A stretch of 27,886 nt of DNA from a bacterium (GCA_038127595.1 JAYPIC010000019.1:1-27886); one strand, 5' to 3'; positions 1 through 9,037 are shown, counted from the first letter of the stretch. Translations and numbers: made by a program. The notes: a model not told the origin generated them from the letters alone.

Positions 1-760
1 CAGTATCACCTTGGCTATAATTGGGCGTCATGAACCTAGGGTCAATAAACCCTCTTAAAAAAGGATTATCCCTACCATGAAGTGCCCATAAAACAGAACT
101 ATTACTACTCAAACTATAAAGCTGATCATATATTGTCTCTAGTGTATCTCTCACTCCAGTTGGCAATGTTATAAATGAGTTTGTTTGAAAGAAAGAATCA
201 ATCTTTGTTTTTGCATTTTGGTGATAATTAATGATACCGTCTGCACCATAAACGCGATCTATCGTAGCAGAATTACTATATTTCTCATTTAAAGAACCAA
301 TAGTTGGTACTTCTATACTTAACATTATATCATTGGAAATTCCATAATCTATTTTAATACTCCTGCCTGATTCATCTTGTTTTCTTTCTTCTGATAATAA
401 GCCATTTGAAATAACAGATCTTGAAGTATCAACATAACCTGCATCAAATATTGGCAAATTTGTTCCATAATTTGAATTAAACTCATTAAGAAAAGATCCA
501 ATTGTAACAAACTGACTTAATTGGTTTGAGCCAATATGATATAAATCATTTGAGCTAGTATATGCTCCAAAATCATTTTTTATGGTATTGTCAAAATATG
601 CTTTACTAATGCCATGAATACCAAACTGTTGTTCATTTGAGATCATGCTACTTGAGCTATTATAATTCTGCACTGAAATTCTAAATATATTAGCTGGTAC
701 TGTAGGTAATACCTGACCATAGGTAAATGATACTAGAATAATTAGAAGCGTATAAATCAA
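1..760 (-). CDS. Hypothetical exported protein, possibly an outer-membrane beta-barrel; 3' end runs off the window
   Basis: Not in the ORF track. I read a stop-free minus frame from TTG (758-760) to the window edge: (M)IYTLLIILVSFTYGQVLPTVPANIFRISVQNYN...GRSIKIDYGISNDIMLSIEVP...FIDPRFMTPNYSQGDT. N-terminus looks like a signal peptide (TYG|Q). Starts 2 nt after the stop of the DUF1343 gene. Confidence 0.8.
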   Translation of the reverse strand, partial: MIYTLLIILVSFTYGQVLPTVPANIFRISVQNYNSSSSMISNEQQFGIHGISKAYFDNTIKNDFGAYTSSNDLYHIGSNQLSQFVTIGSFLNEFNSNYGTNLPIFDAGYVDTSRSVISNGLLSEERKQDESGRSIKIDYGISNDIMLSIEVPTIGSLNEKYSNSATIDRVYGADGIINYHQNAKTKIDSFFQTNSFITLPTGVRDTLETIYDQLYSLSSNSSVLWALHGRDNPFLRGFIDPRFMTPNYSQGDT

Positions 761-762
761 AT

Positions 763-1908
763 TTAGTATAACAAAAACTTTTTTCTAAACTTACTGAATT
801 CTATTTCATCATGCATGTATTGAGGAGATAAATATGATGGTGGTTTTTTTTGGGCTACAAATAATCTTAATTGATTGGACCCATACAGTTTATCTAAATA
901 ACCATGTGGGGCCCATTGAAACTCTCTAGGGTGTAACCTCTCAATCAATGTAATAATCGTAGTAGCAACCTCAACTGGCTTAACTACATATTTATCTTCA
1001 ACAATTATTTTTATTCCACTACAAAACCTATTTATGTACTTTGGAATAATTTTGTTATAGATAGTCCCTTGCGGCTTATATTCAATTTCCTCAAACCTAA
1101 CTCCAGATAGCTCAAGCATGTCTAATTTTTCTTTAAAAAACCCAGTAGCTAACCAAGGAGCTCCAAAAATTAAATAAGGATGATCTGTTCCAATGCCAAT
1201 GTTCAAGTTCGTCCCGCGCATTAAATCCATGCCTGAATACATTATTAAAGCATCAATATTATTAATAAAAGGAGTTGGATTTTTCCAGGGTAATTTGGTA
1301 TCGTTCAAATACTGGGACCTACCCCAGTTGACAGCAGGAATGATATTAAGGTCCACTCTCAAAAGATCTTTTGCCCAGCCCATTTCATTTACCATCAATA
1401 AGATCTCACCTATTGTCATGCCATGCCTAATAGGCAAAAGATGATAGGCTTCAAATGATTGATAACTCGTTCTTGGAAGTGGGCCCTCAATTTTTAATCC
1501 ACCAATGGGGTTTGGTCTATCCAGAACAAGAATTGGAATTTTATGTCTGCTCGCTGATTCAAATAATTTTGTAATTGAAGCAATGAAGGTTGAATATCTT
1601 GAACCTGTATCCTGAATATCTATCACAATTAAATCCAATTCCTTTAAAATCCAGTCTGGTGGATATAAACTTCTTTTTAATAAATTAAAAATCTTTGCTC
1701 CTGATATAGGATCTGTTCTATTACCACCACTTAACTTCGCCCTACTATCATCTACTCCCCAAATTCCATATTCAGGTTCAAAGATTGCTTTCACATCTAT
1801 ACTTTTATCTTTACCAATTAAATCTAAAATATGATTATCATTCCTGTTTACAGCTGTTTGATTGCAAAAAATACCAATGCTTTTATTCCTTATATGTTTG
1901 TAATCCAT
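763..1908 (-). CDS. DUF1343 / NamZ (GH171 exo-beta-N-acetylmuramidase) family protein, divergent; true start probably upstream (about 2061-2073)
   Basis: Family motifs NQT, PEYG (PEHG), DIQDTGSR, LDRPNP, PIRHGMTIGE, FGAPW, DKLYGS and F...R..FLLY. The frame stays open upstream to 2076. Confidence 0.85.
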   Translation of the reverse strand: MDYKHIRNKSIGIFCNQTAVNRNDNHILDLIGKDKSIDVKAIFEPEYGIWGVDDSRAKLSGGNRTDPISGAKIFNLLKRSLYPPDWILKELDLIVIDIQDTGSRYSTFIASITKLFESASRHKIPILVLDRPNPIGGLKIEGPLPRTSYQSFEAYHLLPIRHGMTIGEILLMVNEMGWAKDLLRVDLNIIPAVNWGRSQYLNDTKLPWKNPTPFINNIDALIMYSGMDLMRGTNLNIGIGTDHPYLIFGAPWLATGFFKEKLDMLELSGVRFEEIEYKPQGTIYNKIIPKYINRFCSGIKIIVEDKYVVKPVEVATTIITLIERLHPREFQWAPHGYLDKLYGSNQLRLFVAQKKPPSYLSPQYMHDEIEFSKFRKKFLLY

Positions 1909-2057
1909 TTGTTCTAAGATATCTAAACCTGTATATACATGATTGAAAAATGAAAGGTCTGGAACTTCTATGATTTTTGAATACTCAAACTCACTGCGCT
2001 GGGCCTGAGCAACATTGAAACAATTATTAATTAAAAGATATAATAAAAATATTTTTA

Positions 2058-3482
2058 CTATTTTGTTAATGATACATTATCCTTCTTTATAAGTAGCAAT
2101 CCAAAACAAACAATTAAACCATTTATTAATAAAATTTCAAATCCAATAGAGAAATTCTTTTGAATGAAATAGCTTAAAATTGGAGCGATAATTGCAACGT
2201 ATGGTACAAATTTATCATGAACTTTATATGAGGTAAATAATCCAAAAAAATACAAGCCTAAGAGAGGCCCATATGTAAATCCAGCCACACTGAAAATAGC
2301 ACTTATAATACTTTGGTCATTTATGAAGTCTAATAATACTATAACCGAAAAAATTAAAACTGAAAATGATAAATGAACATATTTCCTTTTAATAATGCTC
2401 AATTTATCTTGAACATTAATATTTAATATGTCCACGCAAAAGGATGTAGTTAACGATGTTAAAGCAGAATCCGCGCTAGAATATGCAGCTGCTATTAAAC
2501 CTAAAATAAAAATTATAATTAAGGGGAAACCCAGAGTTTCGCTTAATACAACAGCTGGAAAGAGATCATCTGGCTTAGAGAAAATAATCCCGTGCTTACC
2601 AGCAACAGTGTATAGTAACGCTCCCAGACATAAAAACATCAGATTTACAAAAATCAAACTTATGCTGAAATAAAGCATATTTTTTTGAGCTTCACCAATG
2701 TTTTTGCAGCTAAGATTTTTTTGCATCATATCTTGATCAAGACCAGTCATGACAATAGCGATAAATGCTCCAGTAAAAAACCGTTTTAAGAAATGTTGGT
2801 CTCCTTCCCAAAAGAATATTTTTGAATATTCACTTTCAGCGATAAATGGAATGATATTTGTAAAACCTAAACCAAGATCTCTGGATATTAAATACACAGA
2901 AATAAGTAATGCTAAAAGCATAAAAAATGTTTGTAATGTATCTGTCCATATTATTGTTTTAATTCCGCCGCGAAAGGTATAAAACCATATTAAGATTATG
3001 GTGACTAATACTGTTAGAAAAAAAGGAGTTCCTAGGTCTTCAAATATGCTTAGATGCAAAACCCTAGCTACGATGTATAATCTAAATGAAGCACCAATTG
3101 TTCTTGAAAGGATAAAAAATAATGAACCTGTTTTGTATGAAAAGAATCCGAACCTATCATATAAATACGTGTAGATAGATGTAAGATTCAATTTGTAATA
3201 CAATGGCATTAAGACAAGTCCTATAAAGGCATAACCTAATAGGTACCCTAGTACCATCTGCATGTAACTAAATTGACTTGATGCAACCCATCCAGGAACA
3301 GATATGAACGTAACACCTGAGAGCGAGGTGCCGATCATTCCAAAAGCAACTATGTACCAAGGAGATTCCTTATTACCTAAAAAGAACGATTCATTTCCAT
3401 CATTTTTTCCTGTCAACAGAGAGATTACTGAAAGAAATAAAAAGTATACTATAATACATAGTATTATATAAATGGAATTCAT
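2058..3482 (-). CDS. Sodium:solute symporter (SSS/SLC5 family)
   Basis: 474 aa with many hydrophobic segments. Motifs FFLGNKESPW, SLSGVTFISVPG, GGIKTIIWTDTLQ, GLDQDMMQKNLSC and AAAYSSADS. Confidence 0.92.
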   Translation of the reverse strand: MNSIYIILCIIVYFLFLSVISLLTGKNDGNESFFLGNKESPWYIVAFGMIGTSLSGVTFISVPGWVASSQFSYMQMVLGYLLGYAFIGLVLMPLYYKLNLTSIYTYLYDRFGFFSYKTGSLFFILSRTIGASFRLYIVARVLHLSIFEDLGTPFFLTVLVTIILIWFYTFRGGIKTIIWTDTLQTFFMLLALLISVYLISRDLGLGFTNIIPFIAESEYSKIFFWEGDQHFLKRFFTGAFIAIVMTGLDQDMMQKNLSCKNIGEAQKNMLYFSISLIFVNLMFLCLGALLYTVAGKHGIIFSKPDDLFPAVVLSETLGFPLIIIFILGLIAAAYSSADSALTSLTTSFCVDILNINVQDKLSIIKRKYVHLSFSVLIFSVIVLLDFINDQSIISAIFSVAGFTYGPLLGLYFFGLFTSYKVHDKFVPYVAIIAPILSYFIQKNFSIGFEILLINGLIVCFGLLLIKKDNVSLTK

Positions 3483-3487
3483 AGACG

Positions 3488-3517
3488 ATAGTAAAATTAA
3501 TTATTGAAGTAATTCAA
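3488..3517 (-). promoter_or_regulatory. Putative sigma70 promoter of the SSS operon
   Basis: Minus strand TTGAAT-N18-TACTAT, ending 5 nt before the ATG at 3482. AT-rich background limits confidence. Confidence 0.45.
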
Positions 3518-3552
3518 TATAATATGTTTCATTTTATGAAATAAATTTTTTC

Positions 3553-3581
3553 TTGCATCAATGAAAATATTTAACCATTTT
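3553..3581 (+). promoter_or_regulatory. Putative sigma70 promoter of the DASS gene
   Basis: TTGCAT-N17-CATTTT, ending 6 nt before the ATG at 3588. The -10 element is weak. Confidence 0.3.
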
Positions 3582-3587
3582 TAAAGC

Positions 3588-5117
3588 ATGTCAAATAAAA
3601 AAGAATCTGGAGGCGGTTTCGATAAAACAACTGATTTCAAATGGTTTGGAATCGGTTTACTTGTTTTTGTATTGATTTGGGCAATGCCAACACCTGAATC
3701 CATGACCGCAAAAGCGCAGGATTTATTTAGTGAATTAAGTGCAGAAGAAATTTCAAACAAAGCATTTAATATGAAAATAATAATTGCTTTGCTTGGATGC
3801 TGTACAGTGTTTTTCGCAACAGAAGCGTTACCTATGCCTGCTGTTGCACTTTTCATTGGATTAGTTCAATTATTTTTTGGAATTACTGAACCTAAAAATG
3901 TTGTAGCAACATATGCCCACGATGCTGTCTGGTTCATAGCTGGATCTCTAGCTATGGGGGCAACAATGGTCAAATATGGGCTAGATAAGCGCATTGGTAT
4001 GCTAGTTATGAATTTAGCAGGAACTAAAGTTAGGAATATCGTTCTGGGAATTTTGGTTGGCACAGCTATACCATCTGCATTTATAAGCGAAGCCTCTATC
4101 GCTCCTATGTTTTTACCAATTGCAATGGCACTTTACACGTTAACTAGTAAAAAAATTGGAGACGCAACCCAACTTGGTAAATTACTAATGATGTCGATCG
4201 CTATAGGCTGTATGGTTGGAGCGCCGATGAGTCCTACCGGAGGTGCTAGAAATGCCATAATGATTGGTTTTCTTGGTAATCTAGGTCCAGAATATGAAAT
4301 AAGTTTTATGCAATGGATGATACTAGGTTCTTTCTACACGGTATTCCTTGGTTTATTTTTTGCATTTCTATTACCTTTCTTATATAAACCAGAAGTAGAT
4401 GATCTTTCAGATGCAGTTAATACATTGAGGGAAGATTTGAAAAAACATGGTAAAATGACCCGTGAACAATGGATGGTTGCTGGCATAGCACTATTAATGA
4501 TCATTGCCTGGATAACAGATAAAGATTTAATCGCTCCGGTGCTTGGATTCCCTCTAGGTTTAGGCGGCGTAGCAATGACAGGAACAGTGTTATTTATGTT
4601 GTTAGGTCTAACCTCATGGTCTGATTATGAAAAAAATGTTAGTTGGGGAGTTATTGTACTTTATGCAGGAGCGATAAGCCTTGGTGCTGTATTTAAATCA
4701 AGCGGTGCCGCTAAATGGTTAGCAGATAGTTTGATTAATATTTTAACAACATTTAATATTCAAGAAGGTCTTCCTTTGGCAATCCTGGTAGCATTAATTG
4801 GAGCTCTAATGACAAATCTAATGAGCGCAGGAGCTACTGTTGCCGTTATTGGACCTGTTGTGCTTGAAATGGCTGTAAGCTCTGGGACTAACCCAATAAT
4901 TGTTGGTGTCGCGCTTGCCATTTCTACATCTATGGCATTTTGGTTAGTTATCGGAACACCCGCAAGCTCAGTAGTGTATTCTGCTGGACTTTTAGATGCT
5001 AAAGATTTTATCAGAATGGCAACTTTTGCCTGGCCAGCTGCATTAGTAATTATCATTGTTATGATAATATTTTACTGGGTTGGACTAGGTATACAACCGA
5101 TTATGATTGGAGGTTAA
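3588..5117 (+). CDS. DASS/SLC13 family sodium-coupled anion symporter (dicarboxylate, sulfate or similar)
   Basis: 509 aa polytopic membrane protein. Motifs FFATEALPMPAVAL, GLDKRI, SPTGGARNAI, VSWGVIVLYAGAISLG, TNLMS and GTPASSVVY. Confidence 0.9.
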   Translation: MSNKKESGGGFDKTTDFKWFGIGLLVFVLIWAMPTPESMTAKAQDLFSELSAEEISNKAFNMKIIIALLGCCTVFFATEALPMPAVALFIGLVQLFFGITEPKNVVATYAHDAVWFIAGSLAMGATMVKYGLDKRIGMLVMNLAGTKVRNIVLGILVGTAIPSAFISEASIAPMFLPIAMALYTLTSKKIGDATQLGKLLMMSIAIGCMVGAPMSPTGGARNAIMIGFLGNLGPEYEISFMQWMILGSFYTVFLGLFFAFLLPFLYKPEVDDLSDAVNTLREDLKKHGKMTREQWMVAGIALLMIIAWITDKDLIAPVLGFPLGLGGVAMTGTVLFMLLGLTSWSDYEKNVSWGVIVLYAGAISLGAVFKSSGAAKWLADSLINILTTFNIQEGLPLAILVALIGALMTNLMSAGATVAVIGPVVLEMAVSSGTNPIIVGVALAISTSMAFWLVIGTPASSVVYSAGLLDAKDFIRMATFAWPAALVIIIVMIIFYWVGLGIQPIMIGG

Positions 5118-5119
5118 AT

Positions 5120-5443
5120 ATGGATAGTGGCATAATACTTATCATTGCTCTCATAATAATTGGATTTGCTATTACGTGGAGTAATCAAGGCCAAGTCAAA
5201 GAAGTCGAACGTCGTCAGTCTCAATTTGAAAAAGAAAAAAACGAACTAGCTGAGCATGATAATAGAAGTTCAAATGATGTTGATACACAAAGAAATGAAA
5301 TGTTAAAAACACTTGATGATTCAATTAAGGATAATCCAGAACAATTAGAACGAATTAAACATATTGTAAACGATTGGGCAGATATGAAAATTAAATCGTT
5401 TAGAGACAGGCGCTCATGGGTCAGAAACCCAGATGATGACTAG
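5120..5443 (+). CDS. Hypothetical single-pass membrane protein with a charged helical C-terminal domain
   Basis: 107 aa with N-terminal hydrophobic helix. GGAGG SD lies within the end of the DASS gene; 2-nt gap. Confidence 0.8.
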   Translation: MDSGIILIIALIIIGFAITWSNQGQVKEVERRQSQFEKEKNELAEHDNRSSNDVDTQRNEMLKTLDDSIKDNPEQLERIKHIVNDWADMKIKSFRDRRSWVRNPDDD

Positions 5444-5447
5444 AAAA

Positions 5448-6086
5448 TTAAGTAAATAAGATACTCTCCCCTTTCTTATCTTCCTCCCAAACTTCAAACT
5501 TATTCATCATCTTAGAAAAAATTTCTAACGATATTAAGCTTTGTTTCCATTTTGATAGAAAACTAAACCTGTTATTAAAATAACCACTGTCCACATTGGA
5601 AAATTGACGAATGAAAGGCATGACAGCAATATCTGCTAGAGATATTGTAGCGCCAAAAAAAAAGGATTTATCTTTAAGTCTATCTTCATAAATATCTAAT
5701 ATTTTTTCACACTCTTTTCTATAATACTCTAATGGATATTCTGGAAAACGAACGTGGTATTTATACTTATCTAACCATTTTTTAAATTTATCATCATTTA
5801 GCTTTATCAGATCAACTTGCTCTTCCTTGTGCTTATCAAACCACATTTCTGGATCATTTATAGATAGTGCCCATTTCATAATATCAAAACTTTCATCAAT
5901 TACATCACCACTTGGCAGCTCTAGTACTGGAACAGTCCCTTTTGGCGACAGTTGATATAATTTTTCGGGCCTATCTTTAAGTAAAATTTCACGATGTTCA
6001 TAATTTATTTTAGAATAATATAAGGCCATACGAGCTCGCATAGCATATGGGCATCGGCGGAATGAATATAGAATTGGCAATTTCAA
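5448..6086 (-). CDS. Glutathione S-transferase family protein
   Basis: TTG start. Motifs LYSFRRCPYAMRAR, SPKGTVPVL, IDESFDIMKWAL, LDKYKY and SLADIAVMPFIRQF. Confidence 0.92.
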   Translation of the reverse strand: MKLPILYSFRRCPYAMRARMALYYSKINYEHREILLKDRPEKLYQLSPKGTVPVLELPSGDVIDESFDIMKWALSINDPEMWFDKHKEEQVDLIKLNDDKFKKWLDKYKYHVRFPEYPLEYYRKECEKILDIYEDRLKDKSFFFGATISLADIAVMPFIRQFSNVDSGYFNNRFSFLSKWKQSLISLEIFSKMMNKFEVWEEDKKGESILFT

Positions 6087-6097
6087 TTTTTTATAAT

Positions 6098-7111
6098 TTA
6101 AAGTTTAGTACTTTTAAAATAGCGTCTTTTATCGACATATTTCTGATTCTTTCTATATTTTATCTGCTCGTCAATTGGTAAGGAGGCTATATTTTTGCAC
6201 TTTACAGAGCAGCATCCATTTAACTTTTCATCGCATTTTGAACACTGTATAAAGAGAATATGACAAGCATCATTTTTACAATCTTTGTGACTATCAGATT
6301 TCTCACCACACAAATGACATGTTGAAATAATATCTTCCGTTACTCTTTCACCAAGCCTAGCATCAAATACAAAATTTTTACCTACAAATTTAGACTCTAA
6401 GCCCTCTTTTTTAATATCATGGGCATATTGAATTATACCGCCTTGCAACTGCTTGACATTTTTTATGCCTTCATTAATTAAAAATGAACTAGCTTTTTCA
6501 CAACGTATACCCCCAGTGCAATAGAGCAATACTTGATGATGCTCTCTACCTTTTAACATTCTCCTTACTTCAGGAAGTAGATCTTTTGATTTTTCAACTT
6601 GTGGTATTTCTGCTGAAATGAACTGCCCGACTTCGCTCTCATAAATATTACGCATATCTATAACTGTAGTATTCGAATTCTCAATAGCTTCATTAAATTG
6701 CTTTGTATTTAAATGCTCACCAACAACATCCATATTAAACTTATTCTTTGGGATGTTATAAGCAACTATTTCTTTTTTTACTTTCACAATTAACTTATAA
6801 AAAGAAATGCCATCATTAATGGCAGTTTTTATATCAACATCATAAAGCAATTTTATACTGCTTATCAATTTTAAAAATAAACCCCAATTTTTATCAGGCA
6901 CGCTGATTTGAGCATTAATTCCTTCTTCAGCAATATAAACCCTTCCTAAAATTTCAAGATTATCAAATTCTTCATAAATTTTGTCTCTAAATGTTATGGG
7001 ATCAACAATGGTCACATATTTGTAAAATGAACAGGTTGTCCGATTGAAGTCTTCAGCTTCAAGTTTTTTTACTAATAAATCTTTGCTTTTTTGATTGTAC
7101 AATTTCTTCAA
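6098..7111 (-). CDS. trhO: Oxygen-dependent tRNA uridine(34) hydroxylase TrhO (YceA/UPF0176, rhodanese domain)
   Basis: TTG start. Motifs SFYKY, GRVYIAEEGINAQIS, DMRNIYE, YCTGGIRCEKAS, QLQGGII.Y, GKNFVFDAR, and a Cys-rich C-terminus. Confidence 0.92.
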   Translation of the reverse strand: MKKLYNQKSKDLLVKKLEAEDFNRTTCSFYKYVTIVDPITFRDKIYEEFDNLEILGRVYIAEEGINAQISVPDKNWGLFLKLISSIKLLYDVDIKTAINDGISFYKLIVKVKKEIVAYNIPKNKFNMDVVGEHLNTKQFNEAIENSNTTVIDMRNIYESEVGQFISAEIPQVEKSKDLLPEVRRMLKGREHHQVLLYCTGGIRCEKASSFLINEGIKNVKQLQGGIIQYAHDIKKEGLESKFVGKNFVFDARLGERVTEDIISTCHLCGEKSDSHKDCKNDACHILFIQCSKCDEKLNGCCSVKCKNIASLPIDEQIKYRKNQKYVDKRRYFKSTKL

Positions 7112-7117
7112 AATAAA

Positions 7118-8242
7118 TTATTCATCTATATAAATTAATTTTGTTCTTCCTCCGATAGCTGTGAACAAAACATAAGGTGTGCTATTTATCTGATCAGCAA
7201 TTATCTCAACAGGCAAGTGTCCAATCTGATTTTCACCAAAAAACAAAACATCATCACCTAGCTCTGGAACTACATCGCCAAGATCAATCATCAATTGATC
7301 CATGCAAACTCGTCCAGCAATCTTAAATTTTTCCCCATTATAAATCACATATCCATTCTCAAACCATGGCCTGGGGAACCCGTCAGCGAAACCTGTCTGT
7401 ATTACTGCAATATTTGTATCTGATGCTGTCTTATAGACACCTCCATAACTGACTGGCGTATTTTTTTTGACTTTTCTAACATTTACAATACTACCACAAA
7501 AGCTCATAACTGGCTTAATGCCAATATTATCAATTACTTCATTGGAGGGCAATGCACCATATAAAAGCATTCCAACTCTTACCATATTAAAATACGATTT
7601 CTCTAAGTTCAATACAGCACCACTATTGGAACAATGAATAAATTTAAATTTTAAACCAAAACTTTCAACTTTTCTAACCACCATTTTAAAATCACTTAAC
7701 TGTTTTTTTGCATAAGATAAATCACCTTCATCTGCTGTAGCAAAATGTGTGTATACACCCTCAACATAAGGATGTAAAGGTTTACTTAAACTCTCATAAA
7801 TAGCTTCTGCATCATTGAGGTCAAATCCAAGACGCGTCATTCCTGTGTCAAATTTTAGATGATATTTTGGTGATACTTCATTCTTTAAGTAAAATGATTC
7901 AATATGCTCTATATCATCAAAAGATGAAAGGTTGAGAATGATATTTTCCTTATAGGCTAACTCTATGTTATTTTTATTCAATTTGGAAAATACTAATATT
8001 TCATTTTTTATTTTTGCTTTACGTAGTTCTAGTGCTTCATCAATTGAAAAAACAGCAAATTGTACATTTTTTATATTTGCGATGGATTTTGCTATTTGGA
8101 CCGAGCCATGCCCATAACCATTTGCTTTGACTACACAAAGAAGCTTTTTATCTCCAACTGTTTTTTTTATAGCTATAAGGTTTGATCTACACCTATCAAG
8201 ATTAATATATGCTTTAGGCCCTATAATCTTGTCATTCTTCAT
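7118..8242 (-). CDS. alr: Alanine racemase
   Basis: PLP lysine motif VVKANGYGHG, plus HLKFDTGMTRLG, THFATAD, VSYGG and GRVCMDQ. Confidence 0.96.
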   Translation of the reverse strand: MKNDKIIGPKAYINLDRCRSNLIAIKKTVGDKKLLCVVKANGYGHGSVQIAKSIANIKNVQFAVFSIDEALELRKAKIKNEILVFSKLNKNNIELAYKENIILNLSSFDDIEHIESFYLKNEVSPKYHLKFDTGMTRLGFDLNDAEAIYESLSKPLHPYVEGVYTHFATADEGDLSYAKKQLSDFKMVVRKVESFGLKFKFIHCSNSGAVLNLEKSYFNMVRVGMLLYGALPSNEVIDNIGIKPVMSFCGSIVNVRKVKKNTPVSYGGVYKTASDTNIAVIQTGFADGFPRPWFENGYVIYNGEKFKIAGRVCMDQLMIDLGDVVPELGDDVLFFGENQIGHLPVEIIADQINSTPYVLFTAIGGRTKLIYIDE

Positions 8243-8252
8243 GGAAGGAAAT

Positions 8253-8282
8253 AATCTATATTAAATGATTTTTAAACTACAA
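8253..8282 (-). promoter_or_regulatory. Putative sigma70 promoter of alr-trhO-gst
   Basis: Minus strand TTGTAG-N18-TAGATT, ending 10 nt before the alr ATG. No SD in between. Confidence 0.35.
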
Positions 8283-8287
8283 CAGAC

Positions 8288-9037
8288 TTATTGTCTAAGT
8301 TTATTTCTAATTAATATTGAATTTAGGCTTAATAATAATAAACCCGTTAAAAAAGGAATGACCGTAAAAACCCAGTTAATAAACCCGCTAAACAAATAAG
8401 ACTGCATTGATTTGATTACCATAGCTAAAGGGAGTACAGATAGTAAACTTTCCAACGAAGGTGGATAAAAACTAGGGCTGATGATTAATCCACTCCCAAA
8501 AAGTAAAAAGAATATGAATGCAAACACTGATATAAGTATTGTAGATAATTTATCCGATAAAATTGCAATTGTTATGAATACATTGGATAAAAGAAATATA
8601 TAAATACTAAAATAAAATATAAACCCAATAGTTTTGATAAATCCAAAAGGATAAGGAATTAATGTAGAAAATAAAATAATGGACACTAAACCAAAAATTA
8701 AACTTTCAACAACTGAGACGATAGAAAAACTCAATATCATGTAACGTTTCGAATGCGGAGATAAGGATAAATAGGATAATACTTTCTTATGAACTCTTAA
8801 ATCGAATACATCTCGAAAAATTGATGGTAATATGCATAATCCAGTTACCAAAAATATCATACTCGGATAGATCCATACATCAAACTCAATATCATATAAT
8901 CCAATTGAAGGTACTTTCCTAAGCGCTAAATTTGTAAAAATAAAAATACTTAATGGGAACAAAAACAGAATGACAACACTGGTTGTTAAATTATTTCCTA
9001 ACAGCCAAACCCTCCTTAATAACATTGCTCTGATCAA
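8288..9037 (-). CDS. ABC-2 type transporter permease
   Basis: 249 aa with about 6 TM segments and a GSGLIISPSFYP..L..L..VLP ABC-2 pattern. TTGA overlap with the ATPase gene. Confidence 0.82.
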   Translation of the reverse strand: MIRAMLLRRVWLLGNNLTTSVVILFLFPLSIFIFTNLALRKVPSIGLYDIEFDVWIYPSMIFLVTGLCILPSIFRDVFDLRVHKKVLSYLSLSPHSKRYMILSFSIVSVVESLIFGLVSIILFSTLIPYPFGFIKTIGFIFYFSIYIFLLSNVFITIAILSDKLSTILISVFAFIFFLLFGSGLIISPSFYPPSLESLLSVLPLAMVIKSMQSYLFSGFINWVFTVIPFLTGLLLLSLNSILIRNKLRQ

